Shown here piece by piece: positions 1 to 9,692 of a stretch of DNA of 64,000 bases. The position numbers were made by a program, and so were the translations under genes. The DNA lies in the NCBI GenBank assembly GCA_036001465.1, contig DASYUH010000013.1, positions 92,554 through 156,553 of the forward strand, in the 5' to 3' direction. Each line of letters opens with the position of its first letter. Position 1 is the first letter of the stretch. The stretch is from Candidatus Polarisedimenticolia bacterium (GTDB lineage: Bacteria; Acidobacteriota; Polarisedimenticolia; Gp22-AA2). The notes under the pieces were generated by a model. It saw only the letters and a list, made by a program, of their open reading frames with translations. It ran no database searches and was not told where the DNA came from.

Positions 1-141
1 CAGGCCAGCGGCAGTCCGACATAACCCAGGCCGATGACCGCCACCCTGGCCTCCCGCGCCCTGAGCCTCTCGAGCAGATCCCCGGCAGCCCCGGGCTCCG
101 CGTCCGGGGAATCTCCCACGACCACCGCGGCCGCGACGGAG

Positions 142-1341
142 CTACGGCTCGGGCGTGGTCCCGGGTTTGGGTCCGCCAGGGGTCGTTTCTTCTTCGTCGG
201 CATCGTCTCCCTGTGCCTCGCCTTCCTTCGCACTCTCTTTCGCTCCCTTCTTGCCGTAATGCCGGATCATCCCCTTGCCCACGCGGCTCTTCTGGATGCC
301 CGCCACGATGTCCTTGAGCCCCAGGTACACCTCGGGATCGTTGACGATCCCGCCGAGAGTTCCCTTGCCGCTGTCGACCTTGCGCAGGATCGAGTCGGCG
401 TGGGCGGCGACGCTGTCGATCTTCCTCAGGAGGCCGCTGGCGTAGGCTTCGTCGTGCATCAGCCGGCCGAGCAGGCCCTGGCCCTGGTTGACTCCCTCGG
501 CCGCCTTGCGCAATGCCGAGGCGCCGGCGCGCAGATCGCCCAGCACTCGCGCGCCCTCCCCGTCGGGCTTGCTGATCTGAGCCAGGAAGCCCTGGTCGGC
601 GTCCAGCTTCTCCATGATGGAACGCGCGTGGGTCAGCGCGGCATCGATGTTCTCGATCTGCTTGCGGGCCAGGGCCTCGTCGTTGATGAGCGCTCCGGCC
701 AGCCCCTTGCCCTTCTCCACGCCCTCGAGTGTGCGCCGCAGAGAGGACAGGCTCCCTTCCAGGTTGGTCACCCCTTGGCGGCCGAACTCCGGGTTGTGGA
801 TCATCTCCTGCACGATTCCCCCGCCTCGATTGATCGCCACCAGCAGATCGCGAAGAGAGGCCGTGATCTCCTTGATGTCGTCCGCGATCCCCTGGCTCTG
901 CAGGATGGTCTCCTCCCAGACGGACACTCCGGGTTCGATGAATCCGTTTTTCTCCAGGGCCGGCCGGTCGGGGTCGCCCGGCGTCAGCTCGATGTATTTG
1001 TCCTGGGAGAGGTAGGTGAGCGATTTCAGGAGGGCCTGGGTTCCGGACCGGATGCGGGCGGCGTAGGCCCGGTCGACGGAGAACACGACCTTGATCTTCG
1101 ATTCACGCAGGTCCTCGGGAAATTCGATTTCCGAGACGGTGCCGATCTGCACTCCCACCAGCCGCACGGGCGAGCCCTCGGCCAGTCCGCTGGTGTTGTC
1201 GAACTGGGTCCAGTACTTCGTCTTCCGGGAGAACAACCGCTGTTCCTTGCTGATCGCCATGACGCCGACGGCGAACAGGATCAACCCGATCGAGACGAAG
1301 GCCCCCACGCTGACTTCCTTGGTCGCCCTAGACAGTCGCAC
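142..1341 (-). CDS. mlaD: MlaD/MCE-family periplasmic substrate-binding component of the Mla phospholipid ABC transporter
   Basis: 399 aa. N-terminal TM helix (VGAFVSIGLILFAVGVMAIS), then an MCE domain (PVRLVGVQIGTVSEIEF...KVVFSVD). Long repetitive alpha-helical C-terminal region with GLLGRL / KGTLGG motifs. The 5' end overlaps mlaF by 14 nt on the same strand, consistent with an operon. Confidence 0.8.
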   Translation of the reverse strand: MRLSRATKEVSVGAFVSIGLILFAVGVMAISKEQRLFSRKTKYWTQFDNTSGLAEGSPVRLVGVQIGTVSEIEFPEDLRESKIKVVFSVDRAYAARIRSGTQALLKSLTYLSQDKYIELTPGDPDRPALEKNGFIEPGVSVWEETILQSQGIADDIKEITASLRDLLVAINRGGGIVQEMIHNPEFGRQGVTNLEGSLSSLRRTLEGVEKGKGLAGALINDEALARKQIENIDAALTHARSIMEKLDADQGFLAQISKPDGEGARVLGDLRAGASALRKAAEGVNQGQGLLGRLMHDEAYASGLLRKIDSVAAHADSILRKVDSGKGTLGGIVNDPEVYLGLKDIVAGIQKSRVGKGMIRHYGKKGAKESAKEGEAQGDDADEEETTPGGPKPGTTPEP

Positions 1342-2086
1342 CGGACACCTCCCTGCCGCCGCTGAGAAAATGCCGCAGGCGCGGCTCCCGGGAAACCTTC
1401 GCCTCCTCGACGGTCCCCACGAAGTGCATGCGACCCTCGTACAGGTAGGCGATCCGATCGCCCACGAGGAAGGCGCTCGCGATGTCGTGCGTCACGACCA
1501 CGGACGTGACCTGGATGCGTCTCTGCAGCCCGCGGATGAGCTCGTTGATGGTATTGGCCGTGACCGGATCGAGGCCGGTCGTCGGCTCATCGTACAGGAT
1601 GCAGCGCGGATCCATGGCGATGGAGCGGGCCAGTGCCACCCGCTTCTTCATCCCGCCCGACAGCTCGGCAGGCATGAGCTCCTCGACGCCTTCCAGCCCC
1701 ACGAGGGCGAGCTTGGCGCGCACGTTGTGGCGGATCCGCTCCTCGTCGAGATCCGTATGCTCCCGCAGGCCATAGGCCACGTTGTCCAGGACGTTCATCG
1801 AATCGAACAGGGCGCTCCCCTGGAAGAGCATCGCCACCTTCTGGCGAACCGGGATGAGCCCCTCCTCATCGTAGTCGACGATGTCCTCCCCTTCCACGAA
1901 CACGTGTCCCCGGTCCGGCCGGTGCAGGCCGATGATGTGCCGGATCAGGACCGATTTCCCGCTGCCGCTGCCTCCGAGGACGACCATCGTCTCGCCCCGC
2001 TGGATGTCGACGCTGATCCCGCCCAGGACCTTCTTCTCCCCGAAAGATTTGTGGACATCCTCGAACCTGACGAAGGGGTCGTCCAC
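1328..2086 (-). CDS. mlaF: ABC transporter ATP-binding protein MlaF
   Basis: 252 aa. Walker A GGSGSGKS, signature LSGGMKKRVALAR, Walker B ILYDEPTTGLD, H-loop VVTHD. GTG start. Sits between mlaE and mlaD. Confidence 0.85.
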   Translation of the reverse strand: MDDPFVRFEDVHKSFGEKKVLGGISVDIQRGETMVVLGGSGSGKSVLIRHIIGLHRPDRGHVFVEGEDIVDYDEEGLIPVRQKVAMLFQGSALFDSMNVLDNVAYGLREHTDLDEERIRHNVRAKLALVGLEGVEELMPAELSGGMKKRVALARSIAMDPRCILYDEPTTGLDPVTANTINELIRGLQRRIQVTSVVVTHDIASAFLVGDRIAYLYEGRMHFVGTVEEAKVSREPRLRHFLSGGREVSGATV

Positions 2087-2094
2087 AGCCGCTC

Positions 2095-2850
2095 TCAGAG
2101 CGCCAGAAAGAATTTGGTCAGAAAGAAGTCCGAGACCAGGACCGAGAGCGAGGCCGCGACGACGGTCTGGGTCGTCGCACGCCCGACCCCGTCCGCTCCA
2201 CCCTCGGCGGACAGACCGCTATGGCAGGCAATGAGTGAGATGAACAGGGCGAAGAAAATCGACTTCCCGACGCCGCTGAGGATGTCCTGGACGCTGAGCG
2301 CCTGGACCACGTGTTGCATGTAGAAGGCCCCGGGCTGGTTCAGGCTCGTCGTGGCCATGGTCAGTCCGCCCAGGATACCGACGAAATCGGCGAAGATCGT
2401 GAGGATCGGCAGCATGATCAGGATCGCCAGGACCTTCGGCACCACCAGCTTGCGCACCGGGTTCGCCGCCATGGCGCGAATGGCGTCGATCTGTTCGGTC
2501 ACCTTCATTGTGCCAATCTCGGCGGTGATCCCGGCCCCCACGCGCCCCCCCACCATGAGGGCGGTCAGGACCGGCCCCAGCTCGCGCACCAGCGACAGCG
2601 CCACGATGTCTCCCACGAACAGCTTGGCCCCGTAGGCCGCCAGTGAGTAGGAGGTCTGCAGTGCCAGCACCATGCCGGTGAACAGCGCCGTGACCGTGGC
2701 GATCGCCAGGGAGCGCACCCCCAGGTGGTGCATCTGGTCGAGAATGACAGACCACTCGGGCTTCTTCCGGACCGTCTCCCTGACGGTCTGGGTGAACAGG
2801 AGCGAGATGGCTCCGAGATGTCCCAGCGCCAGATCCAGAAAACTGTTCAT
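2095..2850 (-). CDS. mlaE: ABC transporter permease MlaE
   Basis: Polytopic permease with typical MlaE N-terminus MNSFLDLALGHLGAISLLF. A GGGGGAG Shine-Dalgarno lies 9 nt upstream of the internal ATG at about 2850. The ORF track extends to a GTG at 2862. Confidence 0.85.
   Translation of the reverse strand: MNSFLDLALGHLGAISLLFTQTVRETVRKKPEWSVILDQMHHLGVRSLAIATVTALFTGMVLALQTSYSLAAYGAKLFVGDIVALSLVRELGPVLTALMVGGRVGAGITAEIGTMKVTEQIDAIRAMAANPVRKLVVPKVLAILIMLPILTIFADFVGILGGLTMATTSLNQPGAFYMQHVVQALSVQDILSGVGKSIFFALFISLIACHSGLSAEGGADGVGRATTQTVVAASLSVLVSDFFLTKFFLAL
2803..2850 (-). repeat. Live 5' end of mlaE. It is the partner of a roughly 79%-identical 48-bp ghost copy at 11741-11788 (direct orientation).
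   Basis: Codon-by-codon nucleotide alignment: ATGAACAGTTTTCTGGATCTGGCGCTGGGACATCTCGGAGCCATC versus GTGAACAGTGTTCTGGACTTGGCGTTGGGGCATCTCGGCGCGATC. Confidence 0.6.
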
Positions 2851-3367
2851 CGAGACAACCACTCCCCCCCTCGATGGCGTTCCGGCTGCGCAAGGGGCCA
2901 GATGCCCTCCTCCCTGGCGGCGGCTCGGGTCTCATTTTCCGCGGTAGCGTACCACAGAGCCGTCGACCAGAGTCGGGCTGGCGGGCGGCTTCACCAGGCT
3001 GGATTCGAGCCATGAGTTCCCGGGCTCTTGTTCCGCTCCGATTCATGAAGGTCTCCTCAGGAACCCGCTGACATCGGGTCCCGGGCGGGAGCCATGTGAA
3101 CTGCGCTTTGGGTCTTCGGATACGGGTCGCTGGTCTGGCGGCCCGCGTTCACCTTCGCCGAGCGCCTCGAACACCGAGAGCGTGCGCGATCGCGCCGCCG
3201 ACCTCGCGGCCCTCGCCCCCGGTTGACGCCACCCGCTCAAGAGCGGACCACAGTTTACCTGCGCAGCCCCTGACCGTGATCCCGCGAGAACCTCCTCGCG
3301 ATCCGGCGGCGAGGACGACTCCGAGCCGCATGCCCAGGAGGGATCGGCTTGGGTTACACTATGTCGG

Positions 3368-4810
3368 ATGCCGGCGGGTCAGGGCCGCCCGTCCGGAACG
3401 GAGCTTCTCGGCGATGCTGTCCGCGTGAAGTCCTCCTCTTGGTACCGATTCGTCAGAGTTACTCTTCGCGTGAAACAGTCGGTTCTTGATCGTTGGGATC
3501 TCGCCGCTCTTCTCTGTCTCGCTGCGAGCTTCCTTCTCGTGGCGAATGTGGGGTTCAAACCAAAGCCGTTTGGCGACACGGACTTCCACATCGAAGCCAA
3601 GGCTCTCTCCGCGGCCCTCCGCGGCGAGATGCCCTGGACCAGCGTCGCCATGACGAAGGCTCCGGCCCCCGTCGTCTACTACGCGATTCCTTATCTGTTC
3701 ATCAAACAAGGTTCGTCCGACGACGACTATTGGCGCGTTGGCGTGTTCTGGACCGCACTGTGGATGGGCGTCTCCCTGCTGTTGCTGCGAAGAGCCGCCG
3801 CTCGCGTTGGAGGGACAACGGCCGGGCTCTTCGCAGTCGTCATCACGTTGCTCAACCCGTTCAACATCTACTACGCGTTTGGCATCAGCGCAGAGAACCC
3901 GGCGTATCTCGGCGCCATATTGATGATCGCCGCATGGTTCTGGGCGAACGACAAGACTCCCGCCGACAAGAGCTCCTGGTCCAGCGCGCTGGCATTGGCG
4001 CTCGGCACCACGGTGTTGATCCTCTCGAGGCCCAACAGTGCGTTGATGCTGCCGCTGATGGTGCTGGGCGCAGTCGTCCTGGCAAGACGTGGTGACCGCG
4101 CGGGTATCCTTCTCGGTCGCAGCGTTCTCGTCGTGGTGCTCGCCCTAGCGGTGACTCGGATGGTGATCGCGCAGCTTCCCGGCCGCCCGGAGATCGCCCG
4201 ACAGGGCTCGTATCTCGCTCACGTGATGTTCCACGGCAGCTTCCAGTACCGCACGGAGACGTGGGATTGGCGCTTCTGGGACATCAAGACCCGCCCGGAC
4301 AGTGTGGACTACATCACCTGGAGCGAAGAGCTCACGTCGCTGGAGCTCGAAGCTGGACGCAAGAACGTGCCGCTCGCGTCTCTCGAATATCAGTGGATTT
4401 GGAACGATTTCCTCAGAAATCCACTCCTCCGACTGAAGATGGTCGCGGTGCGGGCGCTATCGATCCATTTCGCTCGCGTCAACTCGGTCAGTCGTCAGAC
4501 CTTCAAGATTGGTCCTTGGGAAGGACCGGCCGCGTATTGGAGCGTTCATATCGCGATCAATGCGCTGAGCGTCCTCGTTCTTGCCTGCGCACTCATCTTC
4601 ACGTTCCACCACCCGGGAGGTCCCTGGTCGGTTTGGCCGATATGGGTGCCTTGGGTCGCACTGTTGGCGTTTCACACCCTGTTTTACGCCGAGCCGCGCT
4701 ATCTGTTGCCGACGCGGCCCGGCCTGATCGTCGGGGCTGCTGCGCTGATTTCCGGCGTCCTGTCACAGCGGCGCCGATCCAACGTCACGAAGAGCTCAGG
4801 ATCGATCTGA
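3368..4810 (+). CDS. Polytopic membrane protein, probably a GT-C-fold (ArnT/PMT-like) glycosyltransferase
   Basis: 480-aa ORF with at least 9 predicted hydrophobic helices and no soluble catalytic domain. GC is lower (about 60%) than its neighbours. The start is uncertain (ATG 3368 or in-frame GTG at about 3470). Family assignment comes from overall architecture only. Confidence 0.5.
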   Translation: MPAGQGRPSGTELLGDAVRVKSSSWYRFVRVTLRVKQSVLDRWDLAALLCLAASFLLVANVGFKPKPFGDTDFHIEAKALSAALRGEMPWTSVAMTKAPAPVVYYAIPYLFIKQGSSDDDYWRVGVFWTALWMGVSLLLLRRAAARVGGTTAGLFAVVITLLNPFNIYYAFGISAENPAYLGAILMIAAWFWANDKTPADKSSWSSALALALGTTVLILSRPNSALMLPLMVLGAVVLARRGDRAGILLGRSVLVVVLALAVTRMVIAQLPGRPEIARQGSYLAHVMFHGSFQYRTETWDWRFWDIKTRPDSVDYITWSEELTSLELEAGRKNVPLASLEYQWIWNDFLRNPLLRLKMVAVRALSIHFARVNSVSRQTFKIGPWEGPAAYWSVHIAINALSVLVLACALIFTFHHPGGPWSVWPIWVPWVALLAFHTLFYAEPRYLLPTRPGLIVGAAALISGVLSQRRRSNVTKSSGSI

Positions 4811-4915
4811 CCCGCCGGCGTTCATCGGACCTGTAGCCTGCGACCTCGGTGACGACGGCGAACGGCCTCGCCTTGACCTCGTCGAAGATGCGGCCAACGT
4901 ACTCGCCGAGGACAC

Positions 4916-5902
4916 CTAGCGCCCCGCCGCAGGGCGGCGCACACGGGCCTCAACCCCGTTCCCCCCGTATTCGCACCAGATCTCCACCCCGCCGATGCGC
5001 TCGAGAGCGCGGCGGATTTGGTCGCGAGTGCGGAAATGCTTGTACCAGTCCGTCAGCGAATCGTGCGTGTCGAGCAGCGACCATTGGCGCTGCAGATCGT
5101 CGTTGAGCGGCAGCGCGTGGTAGTAGGACAGCACCGGAGATACCCTGCTGAGGAGGGCCTGCGCCACTCGGCTTCGGCGGGCCGCCCGGTGCAGTGGGAA
5201 CAGCCACCGGACCAGGCGGTCGGTCCAGAGCATTCCCTGCTCGGGCGGCAGGTGGCGCAAGACGATGCGGAACAGCGGCGCCGTCTTGGTGAACTGTGAG
5301 AGAGTATAGGTGTAGTGGTCCAGAACGAGCCAACCGCCCGGCTTCACCTGGGCGTACAGTCGCGCCAGTGCCTCCTCGGGGCTGGGTGTGTGCTGCACGA
5401 CACCCAGGCAGAATACGATGTCGTACTGCGCGGGAGCGAAGGGCAGCGAGAGGATGTCCGCCTGGACGACGCGGTGCCGATCGTCCTGCGGGAAGTTCTC
5501 CTGGTTGGCCTCGACGGCGGAGCTCAAGTCCACCGAGGTGACGCAGGCACCCGTCGACAGCAGCACTTCGGTAAATCGTCCCGCCCCGCAACCCACCTCG
5601 AGCACGTGGGTCCTGCCGGGAGCCTGGAGCGCCCGCCAGAGGGACTCTCCCAGACAGCGCCGCGCCCGGTCACGGGAGATAGTCGTGCGGGTGTAGGAGT
5701 CGAGCTGCGTCCTGCGATGAACGTTCCACTGCAAGCCGAAGGCGTCCGCGTACCCTCGTTCGGGCACGAAGCGGGGAATGCCGGCCCGCTCGGCCCAGGC
5801 ATGGCCCCGGCGGCAGGCGAGTCCCGCCGCGGCTCGCTCGAGCGGCTGGGCGTCATCCGGGCAGACGAGGGCCGGCCAGGCATCCGTCAAGAGCGCCGCC
5901 AC
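4916..5902 (-). CDS. Class I SAM-dependent methyltransferase with a Trm112-like N-terminal segment
   Basis: SAM motif I VLEVGCGAGRFTEVL. Acidic motif DLS. Motif IIl YDIVFCLGVVQHTP. The N-terminus LVCPDDAQPLE...YADAFGLQWN resembles the degenerate zinc-ribbon/Trm112 fold seen ahead of some methyltransferases. The ORF track runs on to 6541 in a G/R/P-rich frame that overlaps capA, which is probably spurious. A GTG near 5902 is proposed as the start. Confidence 0.6.
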   Translation of the reverse strand: MAALLTDAWPALVCPDDAQPLERAAAGLACRRGHAWAERAGIPRFVPERGYADAFGLQWNVHRRTQLDSYTRTTISRDRARRCLGESLWRALQAPGRTHVLEVGCGAGRFTEVLLSTGACVTSVDLSSAVEANQENFPQDDRHRVVQADILSLPFAPAQYDIVFCLGVVQHTPSPEEALARLYAQVKPGGWLVLDHYTYTLSQFTKTAPLFRIVLRHLPPEQGMLWTDRLVRWLFPLHRAARRSRVAQALLSRVSPVLSYYHALPLNDDLQRQWSLLDTHDSLTDWYKHFRTRDQIRRALERIGGVEIWCEYGGNGVEARVRRPAAGR

Positions 5903-7044
5903 AACGCCGCGAGCCTGTGCATGGCGAACCGGCCGAGCATTACGAGGTGCTCCGGGCGCGCGCGCGACATGTTCGAGGTCAGCTCCCGCCAGTGACCTTT
6001 GCGAAGGTGAATCCAGAGCCAGCTCAAGAGGTTCCCGGTGTTCAGCGAGGCTCTCTGGCGGGTGAACGCCTCTCGATACCGATCCAGGCGGATGTCCAGG
6101 CTGACCGCCTCGAGATGATCGATGATCCGCCGCGCCTCCGTTTCGACCGCCGGCACGACGCGGTAATCGTCCGTCACCTGGATCGGCACCACGGCGATCG
6201 TGCGGACCCCTTCCTTGTCGATCTCCATGATGAAGATGGCGGATTCCCTCTGCTTTTCGGGCACCGGCGGGACGCCCAGCTCTCCCTCGAAGACATCTGC
6301 GACGAAGTTGCCGAGGTTGTAAACCGCCGCCCGTCCTCCTTCCACGCCATAGCCCTGGAGGACGTGGGCGTGGTGCATGAGGACGACATGCGCGCCGGCG
6401 GCCAGGAGGCGGTCGGCGATCTCCTTGAACTCCGGTTTCGGGTAGTCGAGCCACATCAACCCGATGTGGATCGAGATGATGACGCAATCGACGCGATCCC
6501 GCAGCGCCGCAACCGATCGCATCGCGAGCCCCTCGTCCCATTCGACGAAGCCGGGCACCTCGGGATCGTCCTGCCGCTGCAGCGTCCTGCCGAATCCCAG
6601 CAGGCCGATCCGCAAGCCCTGTGCCTCGATTTCGACGGGCTGCGACGCCTCTTCCTGCGTCCCACCGGCGCCCAGCGGAAGCATCCCCGCGGCCGCCACG
6701 ACGCGACGCGTCTCCTGCAGTCCGCCGGGACCGTACTCCAGGATGTGGTTATTGGCCAGCGACAGCACCGTGAACCCGGCGCGCGACAGAGGCCCGGCCA
6801 TCGCCGGGTCACCCCTGAAGAGCTCCCGTCCCGGTCGCGGGGCGCACAGCGGGGTCTCCAGATTGCCGAAGACGATGTCCCCCGAGCGCAGGATCGGAGC
6901 GACCGCGGCGAACGCTTCGTCCGCGCCGGCCGCTCCCGGGTAGCGCCGGCGCACGCCGCCGGAGAGCATCAGGTCGCCGACTGCGACCAGACGGCAGGAG
7001 GCGCCCGCGGGCGCCCCCGGACGGCGGTAGAGCAGACGCTCCAC
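5887..7044 (-). CDS. CapA-family protein (poly-gamma-glutamate synthesis CapA-like metallophosphoesterase)
   Basis: 385 aa. Calcineurin-like fold motifs VAVGDLML, GNLETPL, LANNHILEYG, ISIHIGLMW...VLMHHAHVLQGY. Confidence 0.75.
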   Translation of the reverse strand: MERLLYRRPGAPAGASCRLVAVGDLMLSGGVRRRYPGAAGADEAFAAVAPILRSGDIVFGNLETPLCAPRPGRELFRGDPAMAGPLSRAGFTVLSLANNHILEYGPGGLQETRRVVAAAGMLPLGAGGTQEEASQPVEIEAQGLRIGLLGFGRTLQRQDDPEVPGFVEWDEGLAMRSVAALRDRVDCVIISIHIGLMWLDYPKPEFKEIADRLLAAGAHVVLMHHAHVLQGYGVEGGRAAVYNLGNFVADVFEGELGVPPVPEKQRESAIFIMEIDKEGVRTIAVVPIQVTDDYRVVPAVETEARRIIDHLEAVSLDIRLDRYREAFTRQRASLNTGNLLSWLWIHLRKGHWRELTSNMSRARPEHLVMLGRFAMHRLAALWRRS

Positions 7045-7340
7045 CTAATGCCTCACAGCGGTCGTGGGGATCGGCATCAGCACAGTTGCCATCAAGGATT
7101 CACCAGGGCTTCCGCGGTTGCGAGGGCCTGAATATACCCCGGCGGCCGGTGTACGGCAATGCTCATTCCGATCACGGATACCGTTCCTTCCGGCCAGCAT
7201 GGCAACCCTAGCCAGGCGCTGGGTCGCCAACTATCTCAGGCGGTGGGAAGCGGTGGAGCGGGTCTCACAAGCATTGGAGCCAGGGGAAACCGGGCGCACG
7301 CCCGAACATGCAGTCCAGGGCCCGCACGGGTACTGATGCG

Positions 7341-9083
7341 TCAGTCTGCACGTTCGTAGATGTCGATGTTCGGTCCGGGCCTCTCGACGTCGTGGAAACC
7401 GGCGAAGGGCAAATAGAACGCGTCCTGTTGATCGAAGAAGTTGTCCTTCCGATCGAGTTCGGTCACGTGGAAGGACCTCGTACGTCTGTAGGATTCTTCC
7501 AATAGGCGTCCTATCCCGGCCGGGATCTCATTGCGCGTTGAAAGCGGTGACGAGGCCGTGATGATGTATCGGGGTCGATCATGTCTGATCTCATGGCCAA
7601 AAGCGAACTTGCGAGATTTCGGATCATAGGCCCATTCCTCGAACACCCGGATCTGCTTCGCCTCTTGATGATCGGCTAGGATGCGGTCCATCTCCGCCCT
7701 CATCTCCCCGATGGCACCGGACGCAGGCTCAGAGGTCCTCTCCAGGGATTCACGAGTTTCGGGCAGCCGCAGGCGCTCCCAGCCGCCGGTTTGATAGACG
7801 GAACTGTGTCCCTCGAGGTGAGCCTGTGCCCAGTTGGTGGCCAGGAGGCGACTATCGGGTCTGTCGAGAAGCGAGTTTGATCGGATTACGTTATGGGCCG
7901 AAGGGAAGACAATGAGGCCCGCGAGGGCCAGGGTCGCACCGTTCTTCAGATAGGAGGAACGACCCCGTGCAATGAGGTCGGCGAGGTCAATGACACTGAC
8001 GGCTGCCGCGATGCAGAGAAAAGGGACGACGGGAATCATGTACCTGAGGAACACGGTCAACCCTTTTCCCGCGATGGCGTAATAGACCATGGGAAAGGAC
8101 CAGAGGACGAGCGCGGTTCTCGGACTTCGGCGTGCGAAAATGAACAATCCGACCAGCGATGCGACCAGCAGGCTCCATCCAAGGCCGTGCCACAAGGTAA
8201 AGCGGAGGTGGTACCACCATCCCCTGCCTAGGTCGATGCGATCGCCCGAAGAGAGATGCCACGCCTCGTAGAGAACCCCGGAAAGGAACGTCCGGAAATC
8301 GATCAACGCGAACGGTGTCCCGGCCAGGAAGGCGAATACCATCCCAAGGACAAAGACCAAGATCCGTCTATCGATCAAGGACCCGAGCACGCTGACGTAC
8401 AACGGGCGGACAAGCGACACGTGGCACAAAAGGAGAGGGACGGCCAGAAAAAGACCACTGTACTTCGTGGACATGGCCAGTCCGGCGAAAATCCCGGCGA
8501 GCAGGTAATTCGTCCGAGTCGGATGAGCATGGATTCTGGATATGAACAGAACGGAGCACATGATCAGAAACGCCAGCGGTACGTCCGTGACGCCAAAGTG
8601 CGAGTCTCGGACATGGAGGTGTGTCAGGGCGAGAAAAAGTGCTGCGACGAGGCCCGTCCTCCGGTCGACGGAGCGCGCGCAAATGCGGTAGACGAGCCAG
8701 ACGGTCGCGATGCCGAGAGTTGCCGAAATGGTTCTGTCAATGAGGTAGAAGTTGGACGGATCGAGCGCGTATTCGGTGAGAAAGTCGGGTCGCGATGAAT
8801 ACCTTCCCGACAGGGTCCCGAGAAGGTAGTAGCAACCATACAAGAAGAACAGGACATACATGTAGAGCGTGGGATAGTTAAACACGTGCGGATTGAAATC
8901 GCCGGAACTGAAGCGAAGCGCCGTTCTGATCAGGTGAGCTTCGTCGGGCCGGCACTCCGGGTTCGGGAGCCCGAAGCCGATTCCCCAGAATCTTACGAAG
9001 GCGGCGACACACAGAACAGCGAGGAGCGCCAGGCGGTGCCCCGTCGAATTCGAGTGCGAGCCCTGGTCACGTTCCGTGGTCAT
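7341..9083 (-). CDS. GT-C-fold glycosyltransferase, family 39/83-like (ArnT / protein O-mannosyltransferase-like)
   Basis: Polytopic membrane protein. N-terminal loop RPDEAHLIRTALRF has a DE-type motif after TM1. Many TM helices, then a C-terminal soluble domain of about 180 aa. GC about 57%. The ATG at 9083 (MTTERDQ...) has a GAGG 10 nt upstream. The ORF track TTG is at 9137. Confidence 0.7.
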   Translation of the reverse strand: MTTERDQGSHSNSTGHRLALLAVLCVAAFVRFWGIGFGLPNPECRPDEAHLIRTALRFSSGDFNPHVFNYPTLYMYVLFFLYGCYYLLGTLSGRYSSRPDFLTEYALDPSNFYLIDRTISATLGIATVWLVYRICARSVDRRTGLVAALFLALTHLHVRDSHFGVTDVPLAFLIMCSVLFISRIHAHPTRTNYLLAGIFAGLAMSTKYSGLFLAVPLLLCHVSLVRPLYVSVLGSLIDRRILVFVLGMVFAFLAGTPFALIDFRTFLSGVLYEAWHLSSGDRIDLGRGWWYHLRFTLWHGLGWSLLVASLVGLFIFARRSPRTALVLWSFPMVYYAIAGKGLTVFLRYMIPVVPFLCIAAAVSVIDLADLIARGRSSYLKNGATLALAGLIVFPSAHNVIRSNSLLDRPDSRLLATNWAQAHLEGHSSVYQTGGWERLRLPETRESLERTSEPASGAIGEMRAEMDRILADHQEAKQIRVFEEWAYDPKSRKFAFGHEIRHDRPRYIITASSPLSTRNEIPAGIGRLLEESYRRTRSFHVTELDRKDNFFDQQDAFYLPFAGFHDVERPGPNIDIYERAD

Positions 9084-9434
9084 CCCGAAGCCTCGGATTC
9101 GGATGGAAGGGGGGCCATTGCGGCGCTCAGAAGTCAAATCGTAAGGGCGCAGCGACCGCGTACAGGGAATGGCAGGATGAGCGTCATCTTCTCGAATTCA
9201 TGGGAGCGGAAGGTCCCCATGCATAGATCGGCCGCGCGGACGCATCACGCCGGCCCCTACGAGGGGTGTCAGGCCGATGGCCATGATGGCCGTGCGTCGT
9301 TCCAGCGATCGCAAGGCTAGGACCATGCCGGCATTCTAGCACTGTCGGGGCCTTGGCCGAGATGGCCTATCCTGCGCGGCGATCGTCCCAAGACAGCCAT
9401 TGGCTGCGTGCGACGGGCCTTCCGCGCGAAGGGT

Positions 9435-9554
9435 CCGGTGGTCCTCATCGACTGCGGCCGGAAGAACAACCAGGTGTGCATGCTCCTGGAGAAGAGCGCG
9501 GAGGGCGGCCAGGGACATCGTCTTCAGGTTGCTGGTGAGGCCTGTCTTGGACAT
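9435..9554 (-). pseudogene. Composite ghost: a carA-internal fragment (plus strand, about 9435-9500) fused to a DUF4388 5'-end fragment (minus strand, about 9490-9554)
   Basis: 40 of 41 nt are identical to carA codons for PVVLIDCGRKNNQ (CCGGTGGTCCTCATCGACTGCGGCCG[G/C]AAGAACAACCAGG). The antisense side encodes MSKTGLTSNLKTMSLAAL, versus the live DUF4388 start MSMKGLTGNLKTMSLPDL. Confidence 0.55.
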
Positions 9555-9692
9555 CGCTCCTCAGGGGCGGTCCGGACGGGGCCGCGGAACGCCCGGTCCT
9601 GGTGGGGAATCACCGGGACCGGGGATGGTTGGCGATTGCATGCCCCGGGCAAACGTCGTATATTCTGAGACCCGGCGGACCCAAGTTACGCG

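Noticed and set aside
34-1365. 443-aa plus-strand ORF
   Set aside because: Antisense to mlaD and mlaF. The Arg/Gly/Ala/Pro-rich composition is typical of spurious open frames in high-GC DNA. No domain signal.
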